The position numbers and the translations under genes were made by a program. Below, piece by piece: positions 1-9,172 of a DNA stretch of 64,000 bases (position 1 is its first letter; the number at the start of each line of letters is the position of its first letter). The notes under the pieces were generated by a model, which saw only the letters and a program-made list of their open reading frames with translations, had not been told where the DNA came from and did not search any database. Source of the DNA: a bacterium (GTDB lineage: Bacteria > Acidobacteriota > Blastocatellia > HR10); NCBI GenBank assembly GCA_041640655.1, contig JBEPZV010000004.1, forward strand, positions 67,264-131,263, written 5' to 3'.

Positions 1-2126
1 AGATTGTTCCGATCCGGATGCACGAGCGTGCGCGAGAAGAGCCCTCGCCCCTTCGGCGCCGGCTGGATCGGCGGGAAAGGATTCGGCGCCGCCGTGATCA
101 ATCCCCCGCGCCCGCCATTGGCCGAGGGATCGAAGTTCGTCGTCAGGTCCTGCCGCTCGATGAATGGCGTGAAGTACTCATAGCGCACGCCGTAGGTGAG
201 CGTGAGCTTCGGAGTCGCGCGCCAGCTGTCCTGGGCATACCACATGAACCCATCAATGTAGTTGTGCACGACATGTGGGGTCGTCGTCTGCTGGAAGAAC
301 GCCTGTCCGAGCAAAAGGTTCGCGAAGCTGTCGCCGATCCAGAACGTGTTGAACGCCAGCTCGCCATGGGGCGCGCGCACGTCGAGGAAGTTGTTCACGA
401 GCCGCTTGTACTCGACGCCGAATTTGTACGCGTGAGCCCCGCGGATGTAGGAGACGTTGTCGAGGAACTGATAGACCTGCGAGACCTGGAATTGCGGGCG
501 CCAGCCGGAGGTCCCCAGGAAGCTGTAGCCCACGACGCGAATCCAGGGCAGTCCGTAGACGAACTCGTTATTGGGCGCGTTCTTGAGCCCGAACTCGGCC
601 GCCGCACTCCCTTTCGGCGCGAGCGGTCGGGACCAGCTCTTGATCCGATTGAACCCGAAACGGAAGTCATTGAGCAGGTTCGGGGAGAACGTGTGATCCC
701 ACGTGACGGAGAGCACTTGACCGCGCACCTCGCTGTTGGCGCTGAACCCACCCGTGGCCAGTGGGTTCGGGAACGGACCGCGCTCGATCATCGCGCGCTC
801 GTCGAAGAAGTCGTAGACCCCGAAGATCAGGTCCTTCTCTCCGATCCGATGGTCGAGGCGCGCATCGAAGGAGTCGTTGTTCGTCGGGATATTGATCGAC
901 GAGACGAACGTGAACGGCGAGATGCCCGGCGCATTCGGCAGCGGGTAGAGCGCGGCGAGCTTCATCCCGACCGGGTCGGCGCAGGGACGGCCATCCGTGC
1001 GCATGGCATTCAGGTTGAGGCGATTGGGCGGTGAGACGCAGGGCGCGATGACCGAGAGGAAATCCGGTGGGGCCGTCAGAACCGGGCGCTCGCTGAAATC
1101 CCCTTGACGCATCTTCGCCGTGGGCACCGTGCCCGTCAGCGTCGTCTCCCGTCGCGAGCGCAGGCCCTGGTAGTCGAAGAACCAGAAGGTGCGATCCCGA
1201 CGGATCGGGCCGCCAATGGCGAACCCCGCTTGGTTGCGGAGGAATTCACCCTTCGGGATCACGCGCGAGCCATCGGGACGCCGTCCCGCTGCGTTGGAGA
1301 AGAAATCCGCCGCGTCCAGATCATCGTTGCGATGGAACCACCACGCCGTCCCATGCACGGTGTTGCTGCCGGAGCGAATCTCGGCGTTGATGACTGCCCC
1401 CTGGAACCAGCCGAATTCGGCATTGTAGGTGCGCGTCTGCACGCGAAATTCCCGAAGCGCGTCCGGAGGAGGCTGCACGACCTGCGGACTGCGCTCTTGT
1501 GCGTTGGTCGAGAACGAGTTGTTGTCCACGCCATTCAACGCGAAGTAATTTTGGAGCGAGAAGTTCCCGTTCACGTTGATCTTCGCCTCACGGGGATTGC
1601 CGCCGCTTGGCGTCGGCACGGCTCCCGGAGCGAGCAGGATCAAATCCGAGTATCGCCGCCCATCGAGCGGCAGATCCACGATCCGTCGCTGCTCGACAAC
1701 GGCCCCCACATCAGCGCTCTGCGTTTGCAGAATCGGGACCGTCTCGGTGATGACCAGCTCCTCCGTGATCATCCCTGGCTGCAGCGTCACATCCACGCGC
1801 AAGCGCTCTTGAACATGGAGGATGATGTTGCTGCGAATGGCAGTTTGGAATCCGGGAGCGGTGACCCGAAGCTCATATGGCCCCGGCTGAAGCGCCGGCG
1901 CGATGTAGGAGCCGGTCGCATCCGTCGTGACCTTCACGCTCGTCCGCAGCTCCTGATGCGTGATCGTCACCTCCGCGTTCGGGATCACGGCTCCGGTGGG
2001 ATCCATGACCGTTCCGAGGATCGTCCCCGTGTTGATCTGAGCGCGCGCCCCGTGAGGGCAGTGCAGCAGCACCATCACGGTGAGCGCAAGGATCGCGCCG
2101 TATCTCATCCATGTGCTTCCTCTCAT
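1..2126 (-). CDS. TonB-dependent receptor with N-terminal carboxypeptidase regulatory-like domain (3' end outside window)
   Basis: Translated by hand, since it is absent from the ORF track: MRGSTWMRYGAILALTVMVLLHCPHGARAQINTGTILGTVMDPTGAVIPNAEVT...IVDLPLDGRRYSDLILLAPG...DALREFRVQT...NQAGFAIGGPIRRDRTFWF. Signal peptide and GGAGGTG RBS present. Confidence 0.9.
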   Translation of the reverse strand, partial: MRGSTWMRYGAILALTVMVLLHCPHGARAQINTGTILGTVMDPTGAVIPNAEVTITHQELRTSVKVTTDATGSYIAPALQPGPYELRVTAPGFQTAIRSNIILHVQERLRVDVTLQPGMITEELVITETVPILQTQSADVGAVVEQRRIVDLPLDGRRYSDLILLAPGAVPTPSGGNPREAKINVNGNFSLQNYFALNGVDNNSFSTNAQERSPQVVQPPPDALREFRVQTRTYNAEFGWFQGAVINAEIRSGSNTVHGTAWWFHRNDDLDAADFFSNAAGRRPDGSRVIPKGEFLRNQAGFAIGGPIRRDRTFWFFDYQGLRSRRETTLTGTVPTAKMRQGDFSERPVLTAPPDFLSVIAPCVSPPNRLNLNAMRTDGRPCADPVGMKLAALYPLPNAPGISPFTFVSSINIPTNNDSFDARLDHRIGEKDLIFGVYDFFDERAMIERGPFPNPLATGGFSANSEVRGQVLSVTWDHTFSPNLLNDFRFGFNRIKSWSRPLAPKGSAAAEFGLKNAPNNEFVYGLPWIRVVGYSFLGTSGWRPQFQVSQVYQFLDNVSYIRGAHAYKFGVEYKRLVNNFLDVRAPHGELAFNTFWIGDSFANLLLGQAFFQQTTTPHVVHNYIDGFMWYAQDSWRATPKLTLTYGVRYEYFTPFIERQDLTTNFDPSANGGRGGLITAAPNPFPPIQPAPKGRGLFSRTLVHPDRNN

Positions 2127-2188
2127 GGCTCTCACCTCCACTGCTTCGTTCCTCCCGCCATGTCGTGCGGGGATCTCGGAACGCCCCC

Positions 2189-4081
2189 TCAGCGCCGGGC
2201 GTTCGGTGGGGGACAGGTCGCGAGGAAGAACCGTTCGCGCTTCCTCGCCTCCTCGTACTGCGCGCGCGCACGGCGCACCGCGTCCATCTCGGAGACCTCG
2301 GCCACGGGCACGTCCCACCACGATTCGTAGCCGGGGACGCGCACCTCTTTGTCCACCTCGACGACGATGACGGTCGTGCGCGCCTGCTGCCGGGCCTCCT
2401 CCAGGGCGCGCTCGAGATCGTCGCGCGTTCGGGCGCGAAGCGCGTGCGCGCCAAGGCTCGCGGCGTTCGCGGCGAAGTCCACTGGGATCCAGTCTCCATC
2501 CAGCTGTCCGGTCTGCGGATTGCGGAAGCGATAGTCCGTTCCGAACCCCCCTGAGCCGATGGACTGCGAGAGCCCGCCGATGCTGCTGAAGCCGTGATTG
2601 TCGAGCACGAGGATCACGAGCTTGTATCCCTCCTGCAGCGAGGTCACGATCTCCGAAGACATCATCAGGTACGAGCCGTCGCCCACCAGGACGTAGACCT
2701 CGCGCGAGGGGTCAGCCATCTTCACGCCCAGTCCACCGGCGATCTCGTAGCCCATACAGGAGTAGCCGTATTCGAGGTGATACCCCTTCGGATCGCGCGT
2801 GCGCCAGAGCTTATGCAGATCGCCCGGAAGGCTGCCAGCTGCGCAGACGACGACATCGCGCGGACCGACGAAACGGTTGAGAATACCGATGACCTCGCTC
2901 TGCGCCATCGGCGGACCATGATGGAGATCGAAGAGGCGCTCGACTTCGGCCTCCCATTCCGCCTTCAGCCGCGCGATCTCCTCCGCATACTCCGCCGAGA
3001 CGCGATGGCCCGCGAGCGCTTCCCGCAATTCCTCCAGCGTGAGGCGCGCATCGGCCACCAGCGGCCACGCAGCCTGTTTGTACGCATCCATCTCGGCCAC
3101 GTTGATCGTGATGAAGCGCACATCGGGATGTTGGAATGCCGTCTTTGAGGCCGTGGGGAAATCGCCCAGGCGCGTGCCGATGGCGATGATCAGGTCCGCC
3201 TCGCGGGCGATCACATTGGCCGCGCGCGTCCCCGTCACGCCGATGGCGCCGAGGTTCTGCGGATGGTCGAAGGGGAGCGAGCCCTTCCCCGCCTGGGTCT
3301 CGGCCACAGGAATCCCCGTTTGCTCGACGAAGCGCGCCAGCGCCTCGGTCGCTTCGCTGTAGATGACCCCGCCGCCGGCAATCACCAGCGGCCGTCGTGC
3401 TACGCGAATCCACGCGACGGCGCGGCGCAACCGTTCCCGATCGGCCGGAGGGCGGGGGATGTGCCAGACGCGCTTCTCGAACAACTCTTCCGGGTAGTCC
3501 CAAGCTTCCGTCTGTACATCCTGCGGGAGCGCGAGCGTCACCGCGCCCGTATCGGCTGGCGAGGTCAAGACGCGCATCGCTTCCAACAGCGCGAAGGGGA
3601 GCTGATCCGGTCGGGTGAGGCGATCCCAGTAGCGGGAGACCGGTCGGAAGGCGTCGTTCACCGAGATGTCTTGCGTGTGCTCGGATTCCAGCTGCTGCAG
3701 CACGGGCGCGACGTTCCGGCGGGCGAAGATGTCCCCAGGCAGCAGCAACACAGGCAATCGGTTGATCGTGGCCGTCGCCGCTCCCGTGACCATGTTCGTC
3801 GCTCCCGGACCGATCGAGGACGTGCAGGCGAAGGTCCGCAGCCGATTGTGCATCTTGGCGAAGGCCACAGCGATGTGCACCATCGCTTGTTCGTTACGCG
3901 GCAGATAGTAGGGGAAGTCGGGGTTCTGCTGGAGCGCCTGGCCGATCCCCGCCACATTCCCGTGTCCGAAGATCCCCCACACCCCGGCGAAGAAGGGGAT
4001 CTCACGCCCGTCGCGTTCCACATACTGGTTCTTCAAGAACGCAATAAGCGCTTGCGCCATCGTCAATCGCCGCCTTCTCAT
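2189..4081 (-). CDS. iolD: 3D-(3,5/4)-trihydroxycyclohexane-1,2-dione acylhydrolase
   Basis: RLTMAQAL, GIFGHGNVAG, SIGPGATN, EYGYSCMGYE and TPP-binding GDGS motifs. Confidence 0.95.
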   Translation of the reverse strand: MRRRRLTMAQALIAFLKNQYVERDGREIPFFAGVWGIFGHGNVAGIGQALQQNPDFPYYLPRNEQAMVHIAVAFAKMHNRLRTFACTSSIGPGATNMVTGAATATINRLPVLLLPGDIFARRNVAPVLQQLESEHTQDISVNDAFRPVSRYWDRLTRPDQLPFALLEAMRVLTSPADTGAVTLALPQDVQTEAWDYPEELFEKRVWHIPRPPADRERLRRAVAWIRVARRPLVIAGGGVIYSEATEALARFVEQTGIPVAETQAGKGSLPFDHPQNLGAIGVTGTRAANVIAREADLIIAIGTRLGDFPTASKTAFQHPDVRFITINVAEMDAYKQAAWPLVADARLTLEELREALAGHRVSAEYAEEIARLKAEWEAEVERLFDLHHGPPMAQSEVIGILNRFVGPRDVVVCAAGSLPGDLHKLWRTRDPKGYHLEYGYSCMGYEIAGGLGVKMADPSREVYVLVGDGSYLMMSSEIVTSLQEGYKLVILVLDNHGFSSIGGLSQSIGSGGFGTDYRFRNPQTGQLDGDWIPVDFAANAASLGAHALRARTRDDLERALEEARQQARTTVIVVEVDKEVRVPGYESWWDVPVAEVSEMDAVRRARAQYEEARKRERFFLATCPPPNARR

Positions 4082-4134
4082 CGTCGGTGCCCTCCTTTCG
4101 CGCGATCGCCTCCGACGTCCGCGCCACGAGGCGC

Positions 4135-5148
4135 CTACAATCCCCCGCGCGCTTGGATGAATGAGAGGACTTCGGCTTCGTACGGCATGAAGTTCGCGCA
4201 GCCGTGGCGCGTGACGACGATCGCGCCGCAGGCATTACCCATGCGCGCCGCCCGATACCAGTCCCATCCCTTCAGATAGCCGTAGAGGAATCCGGCCGCG
4301 AAGGCATCGCCAGCCCCCAGGACATTGAGGACCTCGACGGGGAAGGCGGGCGCCGTGATCACTTCTCCGTGGGGCAGATGAACGGTCGCGCCCTCGGCCC
4401 CTCGTTTCACGACGAGCGCTCGCGGGCCGCGCTCCAGAAGCAGGCGAATGGCGTGGTCCAATTCGCCCGCGACGCGGGATTCGGAGACCTGCGCGTGCTC
4501 GATGTGGACCTCTCCGGCCTCCGCGAGAGCGGCCGCCTTCACCTCATCGGCCGTTCCGAGCACGACATCCACAAGCGGCAGCGCCAGGCGGATCGTCACC
4601 CCATAGGCCCGCACATCGTGCCAGAGCGGGGGGCGGAAATCCAGATCGAGAAAGACACGCACATCGTGGGCGCGCGCGCGCTCGGCGGCCAAGAGCGTCG
4701 CGCTGCGGCTCGGCTCTCGGCTGAGCCCCGTCCCGCTGATGAGCAAGACGCGACACTCGGGGATCGGCGCGGCGAGCACATCGTCAATGTCCAGTTCCAT
4801 GTCGGCGCAGTTGTCGCGATAGTAGACCAGCGGGAAGCGATCCGGCGGCTCCACGCCGAGCAGGACAGCGCTCGTCCGACGCCCCGGCTTTCGCGGGATG
4901 AACCGCGTCTCCACACCCTCCCGTTCCAGGAACCGCAGGACGAAATCGCCCACGAGATCGTCGCCGACGGCTGTGAGCAGCACCGCGCGCAAGCCCAATC
5001 GTCGCGCGCCCACACTGATGTTCGTCGGACACCCCCCCACATAGGCGGCGAAGCTGGTGATCTCCGGAAACGGCGCGCCGATGTCCGCCGCGTAGAGGTC
5101 AATCGAGCTGCGGCCCATGGCGAGGAGATCGTATTGCCGTTGGGGCAT
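4135..5148 (-). CDS. iolC: 5-dehydro-2-deoxygluconokinase (PfkB family)
   Basis: GRSSIDLY, YVGGCPTN, DLDFRP, NVLGAGDAF; GAGGAGGAG RBS before ATG 5148; iol context. Confidence 0.93.
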   Translation of the reverse strand: MPQRQYDLLAMGRSSIDLYAADIGAPFPEITSFAAYVGGCPTNISVGARRLGLRAVLLTAVGDDLVGDFVLRFLEREGVETRFIPRKPGRRTSAVLLGVEPPDRFPLVYYRDNCADMELDIDDVLAAPIPECRVLLISGTGLSREPSRSATLLAAERARAHDVRVFLDLDFRPPLWHDVRAYGVTIRLALPLVDVVLGTADEVKAAALAEAGEVHIEHAQVSESRVAGELDHAIRLLLERGPRALVVKRGAEGATVHLPHGEVITAPAFPVEVLNVLGAGDAFAAGFLYGYLKGWDWYRAARMGNACGAIVVTRHGCANFMPYEAEVLSFIQARGGL

Positions 5149-5174
5149 CCGCTCCTCCTCAATGTGCGCCCTGC

Positions 5175-6026
5175 TCATCGCACGAGCGGGACGCGCGGAT
5201 CTTTCTCCGTCCATGTCGCGCGCACCCACGCGTGCGCCGGATCATCGGACGCCGCCATCGAGCGCGCGCTCCCGGCCAGAGCGTTCAAGTAGTACACGTT
5301 GTAGCCGTGCGCCGCGACGACCGGATGATACCCCTCCGGGATCAGCACCAGATCCCCATCCTGAACGGTGAGAGTCACGTCCAACCGGCGATCCGGCGTG
5401 TAGATGCGTTGAATCGCGTACCCCTCCGGGCGATCCACCTTGTAATAGTAGATCTCCTCCAGGTCCACTTCGTCCGGCGGATTGTGGACATCGTGCTTGT
5501 GCGGGGGATAGCTCGACCAGTTCCCGCTGGGCGTGTAGACCTCGACGAGCATCAGGCGATCGGCGGGGAAATCCGGTGGGAGGATGTGATTGATCTGCCG
5601 CGTGGCATTCCCCCCGCCCCGAATCTCGATCGAGACGTCTTCTGGGCGGATCAGCCGAGCGGGGAACATGCGCTCGGCGCGCGCTCGACAGAAGGCGAGT
5701 TCGCCCTCGGTCTCGGCCGTGATGGTGTAGGACGTGCCGATGGGGAGATACAGAGCGGTCGGCAAGCCATCGAACACGTGTGCACGCGAGCCGATGTGAG
5801 ACCACGAACCCGCCGAAGAGTGAATCGTGAAGCGCCCGCCCAAGAGCACAATCCCCAGCTCGTCCCGCCCCGTCTCTCCCGAGACGGTCTCTCCAGCGGC
5901 CATGGCTCGAACGGCGAAGCCCAGATACTCGAAGCCCACGACCTCCGGCGTGATGGAGATGCGCTCGCCCGCCCCTCCATCGGAGGGGCGCGACCGGATC
6001 AGAAGCTCATGAGTACGCGACAGCAT
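5175..6026 (-). CDS. iolB: 5-deoxy-glucuronate isomerase
   Basis: EVYTPSGNWSSYPPHKHD, LEEIYYY, GYHPV motifs. Confidence 0.95.
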   Translation of the reverse strand: MLSRTHELLIRSRPSDGGAGERISITPEVVGFEYLGFAVRAMAAGETVSGETGRDELGIVLLGGRFTIHSSAGSWSHIGSRAHVFDGLPTALYLPIGTSYTITAETEGELAFCRARAERMFPARLIRPEDVSIEIRGGGNATRQINHILPPDFPADRLMLVEVYTPSGNWSSYPPHKHDVHNPPDEVDLEEIYYYKVDRPEGYAIQRIYTPDRRLDVTLTVQDGDLVLIPEGYHPVVAAHGYNVYYLNALAGSARSMAASDDPAHAWVRATWTEKDPRVPLVR

Positions 6027-6037
6027 GCGAATTCTCC

Positions 6038-7042
6038 TCATCGAGGTGGGGCCGTCGAATGCCGAATGATCAGCTCGCCCTGCATCCAGATCGTCTGCTG
6101 CGAGTTCTCCCCTCTGAGGAGTTGCAGCAGTAGCTCCATCGCGCGCCGTCCCATCTGTCGCTTCGGCTGCCGGATCGTCGTCAGCGGAGGCTCCGTGTAC
6201 GAGGCGATGAAGAGATCATCGAATCCCACGAGCGAGATGTCTTCCGGCACCCGAAGGCCTCTCATGCGGATCATGCGCAGCGCGCCGAGGGCCGTCATGT
6301 CGTTGTAACAGAAGACGGCCGTGGGAGGCGAAGTGAGCATCAGCAAGCGCTCCATCGCGCGCATTCCCTCCTCCGGCTTCCCATCGCCGTGGACGACCAG
6401 CTCCGGCTGAAACGTGAGCCCGGCGCGCTCGAGCGCCTGGCGGTATCCGGCGAAACGCTCAGTATCCGACTGATAGCCGAATTGATCGCCGATATACGCG
6501 ATGCGCCGATGGCCGAGCTGAATCAGGTGATCGGTCGCGGCGCGGCTGGCCGTGACGTTATCAATCATGACCGAATGCACGAATTCCCCAGGATGCTGAT
6601 TGTTGATGAGCACGATCGGGACCTTCATCTCGCTCAGGTGATCCATGTAGAGCGCACCGACGCGCGAGGCCGTCACCAAAATTCCATCCACGCGCCGCTC
6701 GTGGAAAGAGTGGACGACTTTGATCTCCCGATCCGGATCTGCATTGGAATTGGCCAGGAAGACCGAATAACCGTGATCGTTGGCCACCTCCTCGATTCCG
6801 CTGACCACCTCGGCGATAAACGGATCGGCGATCGTCGTGACGACGACGCCGATGGTCTTCGTCTTGCGCGTGACTAAGCTACGGGCGACAGCGCTCGGCC
6901 GGTATCCCATCTCCTCAGCGATCCGGCGGATGCGCTCAGCCGTCTCACGGCGAACGAGGGGACTGTTGTGCAAGGCCCGTGAGACAGTCGAATGCGAGAC
7001 CTTCGCCACGCGCGCGATGTCTTTGATCGAAACGGAGCTCAT
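6038..7042 (-). CDS. LacI-family transcriptional regulator (likely iol repressor)
   Basis: SIKDIARVAKVSHSTVSRAL HTH plus sugar-binding domain (GFDD, PPLTTI). Confidence 0.95.
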   Translation of the reverse strand: MSSVSIKDIARVAKVSHSTVSRALHNSPLVRRETAERIRRIAEEMGYRPSAVARSLVTRKTKTIGVVVTTIADPFIAEVVSGIEEVANDHGYSVFLANSNADPDREIKVVHSFHERRVDGILVTASRVGALYMDHLSEMKVPIVLINNQHPGEFVHSVMIDNVTASRAATDHLIQLGHRRIAYIGDQFGYQSDTERFAGYRQALERAGLTFQPELVVHGDGKPEEGMRAMERLLMLTSPPTAVFCYNDMTALGALRMIRMRGLRVPEDISLVGFDDLFIASYTEPPLTTIRQPKRQMGRRAMELLLQLLRGENSQQTIWMQGELIIRHSTAPPR

Positions 7043-7046
7043 AGGC

Positions 7047-7060
7047 TGCACACGTTTTCA
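7047..7060. promoter_or_regulatory. Probable LacI-type operator TGCACACGTTTTCA
   Basis: Pseudo-palindrome TG-N4-CG-N4-CA immediately upstream of the LacI gene start. Confidence 0.6.
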
Positions 7061-7143
7061 AAAGCTGGCCAAAGAGAAAATGGGCTCAACTCTCTGTTGA
7101 AGCTCATTGTCAACCCACGCCCTCCTCATCCTTGGAGCTTTTT

Positions 7144-7171
7144 ATCATATCGCGGATCTCCACCTTGTCAA
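7144..7171 (-). promoter_or_regulatory. sigma70 promoter of the lacI-iol operon
   Basis: TTGACA(7171-7166)-N16-TATGAT(7149-7144). Confidence 0.7.
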
Positions 7172-7185
7172 GATGGAAAAAATCA

Positions 7186-7213
7186 TTGACATTGCGAGGA
7201 ATTCGGCTATAAT
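7186..7213 (+). promoter_or_regulatory. sigma70 promoter of the TPR-HTH/peptide cassette
   Basis: Perfect TTGACA-N16-TATAAT. Confidence 0.8.
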
Positions 7214-7260
7214 TTGCAGTGTCTTTGGTCAAAAATCGTGAACGATCGGTGAAGGAGGTT

Positions 7261-8685
7261 ATGAGGACGACGAAGGTTCGAGAGATCGCGCTTTTGGAGC
7301 ACGCCGTCTTCTCCGGTCGGTTTCGAGAGGCCGAGCGGCTGGCCGAGGAGTTCTCGCCGACCGATTTGCGGTCGGCGGCCGCGAAGGCTCAGGTTTTGAT
7401 CTACAAGGGGGAGTTGGAGGAGGCCGGAGCGCTTCTGGAGGCCTTCGAGAAACGGCTCACCGAAGCGAACCTCAAGGAGGCGGCCGAGTTCGGTCTGGCG
7501 AAGGCCGAGTGGCATTATTGGCGGGGCGAGTATGAGGAGGCAGAGCGGCAGGCGCAGGTGGTTTTCGGGATTTACAGCCTGAATCGCGATCGCTTCGGGC
7601 TGGCGCGCGCGCTCTACGTGCTCGGGCGGGTGCATCGGCGTCAGGGGGATTACGAGCGGGCGCGACAAGAGATGCTTCAGGCGCTTGAGGAAGCTGAAGC
7701 GGTCACCGATCGGCCGACGGGATTTCTGCTTGGGCTCATCATGTTCAATCTCGGCGTGATCCATTACTTCCTGGGGGATCTCGCGCGCGCGGAAGAGGAG
7801 TTGCTGGCGGCGATCCGGGCGCTGGAGGACGAGCGGGGGCGGTACTACGGCAATGCCCTGAACTTCTATGGGACGTTGCTCATCGGGAAGGGACTGTATG
7901 AGGAGGCAGCGCGGATCATCCAGTCGGCCTACGAGTGCTTGTCCGAGAGCGCCTTCTTCGACGATTTGGCCCATGCGACGAACAATCTGGCCTATGCCTG
8001 TCTGCGCATGGGGCAATTTGAGCGCGCGTCGCGACTGCTCCATGAGAGCTTGGAGTTGCGCCGTCGGTCGAAGGACATCGCCGGAGAGTCGGCGACGCTG
8101 GAGCTCTTCGGGCGGCTTCGTTATGAGCAGGGACAACTGGGGGAGGCCGAACAGATCCTGCGGCAAGCGATCGAGCTGGCGGAATTGGGGAAGAACCCTC
8201 ATGAGAAGGCGGTCGCCTTGATCACCTTGGGGCGCGTGCTCATGGCTCAGGGGCGTCTGGACGAAAGCCAGCGGGCGCTTGAGGAGGCTCTTGATCTGGC
8301 CGTGCAGTTGAAGAACAAGTCGCTGCAGGCGGAGGGTCACGCCTATTTGGCGGAGCTGTGGGTCTATCGAGGCAACGGGATGCAGGCGTTGGAACATCTC
8401 AGGCGGACGAAGGCGTTCATCAATGGGCATCGCGATGCATATCTGCTCGCGCAGATTGAGCGCATTGAGCACTTGGTCCAGCAGCACCGGATCAAGGCCG
8501 AAGAGGGGGTCTTTATGATCCGCGGCAGCTTCCTACCGACTTGGCGGGAGGCGCATGAGATGTTGGGGAGGTTCCTTCTGGCGGAGGCGCTGCGGCATGC
8601 CGGTGAGAATCAGACGAAAGCCGCTGAGCTGCTCGGCGTCACTAAAGCCTATATCACCATGCTGCGGAAGAAGTACGGGATCTGA
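7261..8685 (+). CDS. TPR-repeat protein with C-terminal Fis-type HTH (putative peptide-sensing regulator)
   Basis: Multiple TPR-like helical repeats; C-terminus ALRHAGENQTKAAELLGVTKAYITMLRKKYGI; no AAA+ or receiver domain; AAGGAGG RBS. Confidence 0.85.
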   Translation: MRTTKVREIALLEHAVFSGRFREAERLAEEFSPTDLRSAAAKAQVLIYKGELEEAGALLEAFEKRLTEANLKEAAEFGLAKAEWHYWRGEYEEAERQAQVVFGIYSLNRDRFGLARALYVLGRVHRRQGDYERARQEMLQALEEAEAVTDRPTGFLLGLIMFNLGVIHYFLGDLARAEEELLAAIRALEDERGRYYGNALNFYGTLLIGKGLYEEAARIIQSAYECLSESAFFDDLAHATNNLAYACLRMGQFERASRLLHESLELRRRSKDIAGESATLELFGRLRYEQGQLGEAEQILRQAIELAELGKNPHEKAVALITLGRVLMAQGRLDESQRALEEALDLAVQLKNKSLQAEGHAYLAELWVYRGNGMQALEHLRRTKAFINGHRDAYLLAQIERIEHLVQQHRIKAEEGVFMIRGSFLPTWREAHEMLGRFLLAEALRHAGENQTKAAELLGVTKAYITMLRKKYGI

Positions 8686-8704
8686 TGAAGAGGAGGTGCG
8701 ATCT

Positions 8705-9073
8705 ATGAAGAGGGTACTCGCGGTCGCGTTCATCGTGTTCATGCTCGGGAGTTTCACCCTCCCGGTGCGGGCGGGGGTCACAGCGGGTGGAAAGCCCTAT
8801 GTGCCGGGCGCTGATCTCCCACTTGGAGGCGTCACGGCCGGAGGCCGACCGTTCATTGGCGGTGGCGGGGTCTTCACACCGACAGGATTCGGCTTGGGTG
8901 CTCAGTTCTATGATGACGAGGGATGGGATGCCGCATCAGATCCCTACGGGGGCATCGGTGGAGGAGCAGATCTCGGATGGGCACCCTCGTGGTCTTGGTG
9001 GGGATGGGGAGCGTGGGGCGTTCTCGACATCCTTTTCGGCATCCCGATGGCGTTCCTCTTCGCTATGTGGTGA
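8705..9073 (+). CDS. Small secreted Gly-rich precursor (122 aa) with repeated GVTAGG[KR]P motif
   Basis: GAGGAGGT RBS; Sec signal MKRVLAVAFIVFMLGSFTLPVRA; internal repeats differ mostly at third codon positions; hydrophobic C-terminal tail. Confidence 0.8.
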   Translation: MKRVLAVAFIVFMLGSFTLPVRAGVTAGGKPYVPGADLPLGGVTAGGRPFIGGGGVFTPTGFGLGAQFYDDEGWDAASDPYGGIGGGADLGWAPSWSWWGWGAWGVLDILFGIPMAFLFAMW

Positions 9074-9080
9074 GCGCCGT

Positions 9081-9110
9081 AGGGGGAATTCGCGAGAGCG
9101 AATCCCCCCT
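9081..9110. terminator. Hairpin between the convergent peptide gene and phoR
   Basis: AGGGGGAATTCGC-GAGA-GCGAATCCCCCCT (one mismatch); no U-tract. Confidence 0.55.
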
Positions 9111-9172
9111 GGAGCTTCTGCAGGGAGCCGTGGGATCTTTCGAGCGTCCCGCCGTGGGCTTCTCCCTGCTGC

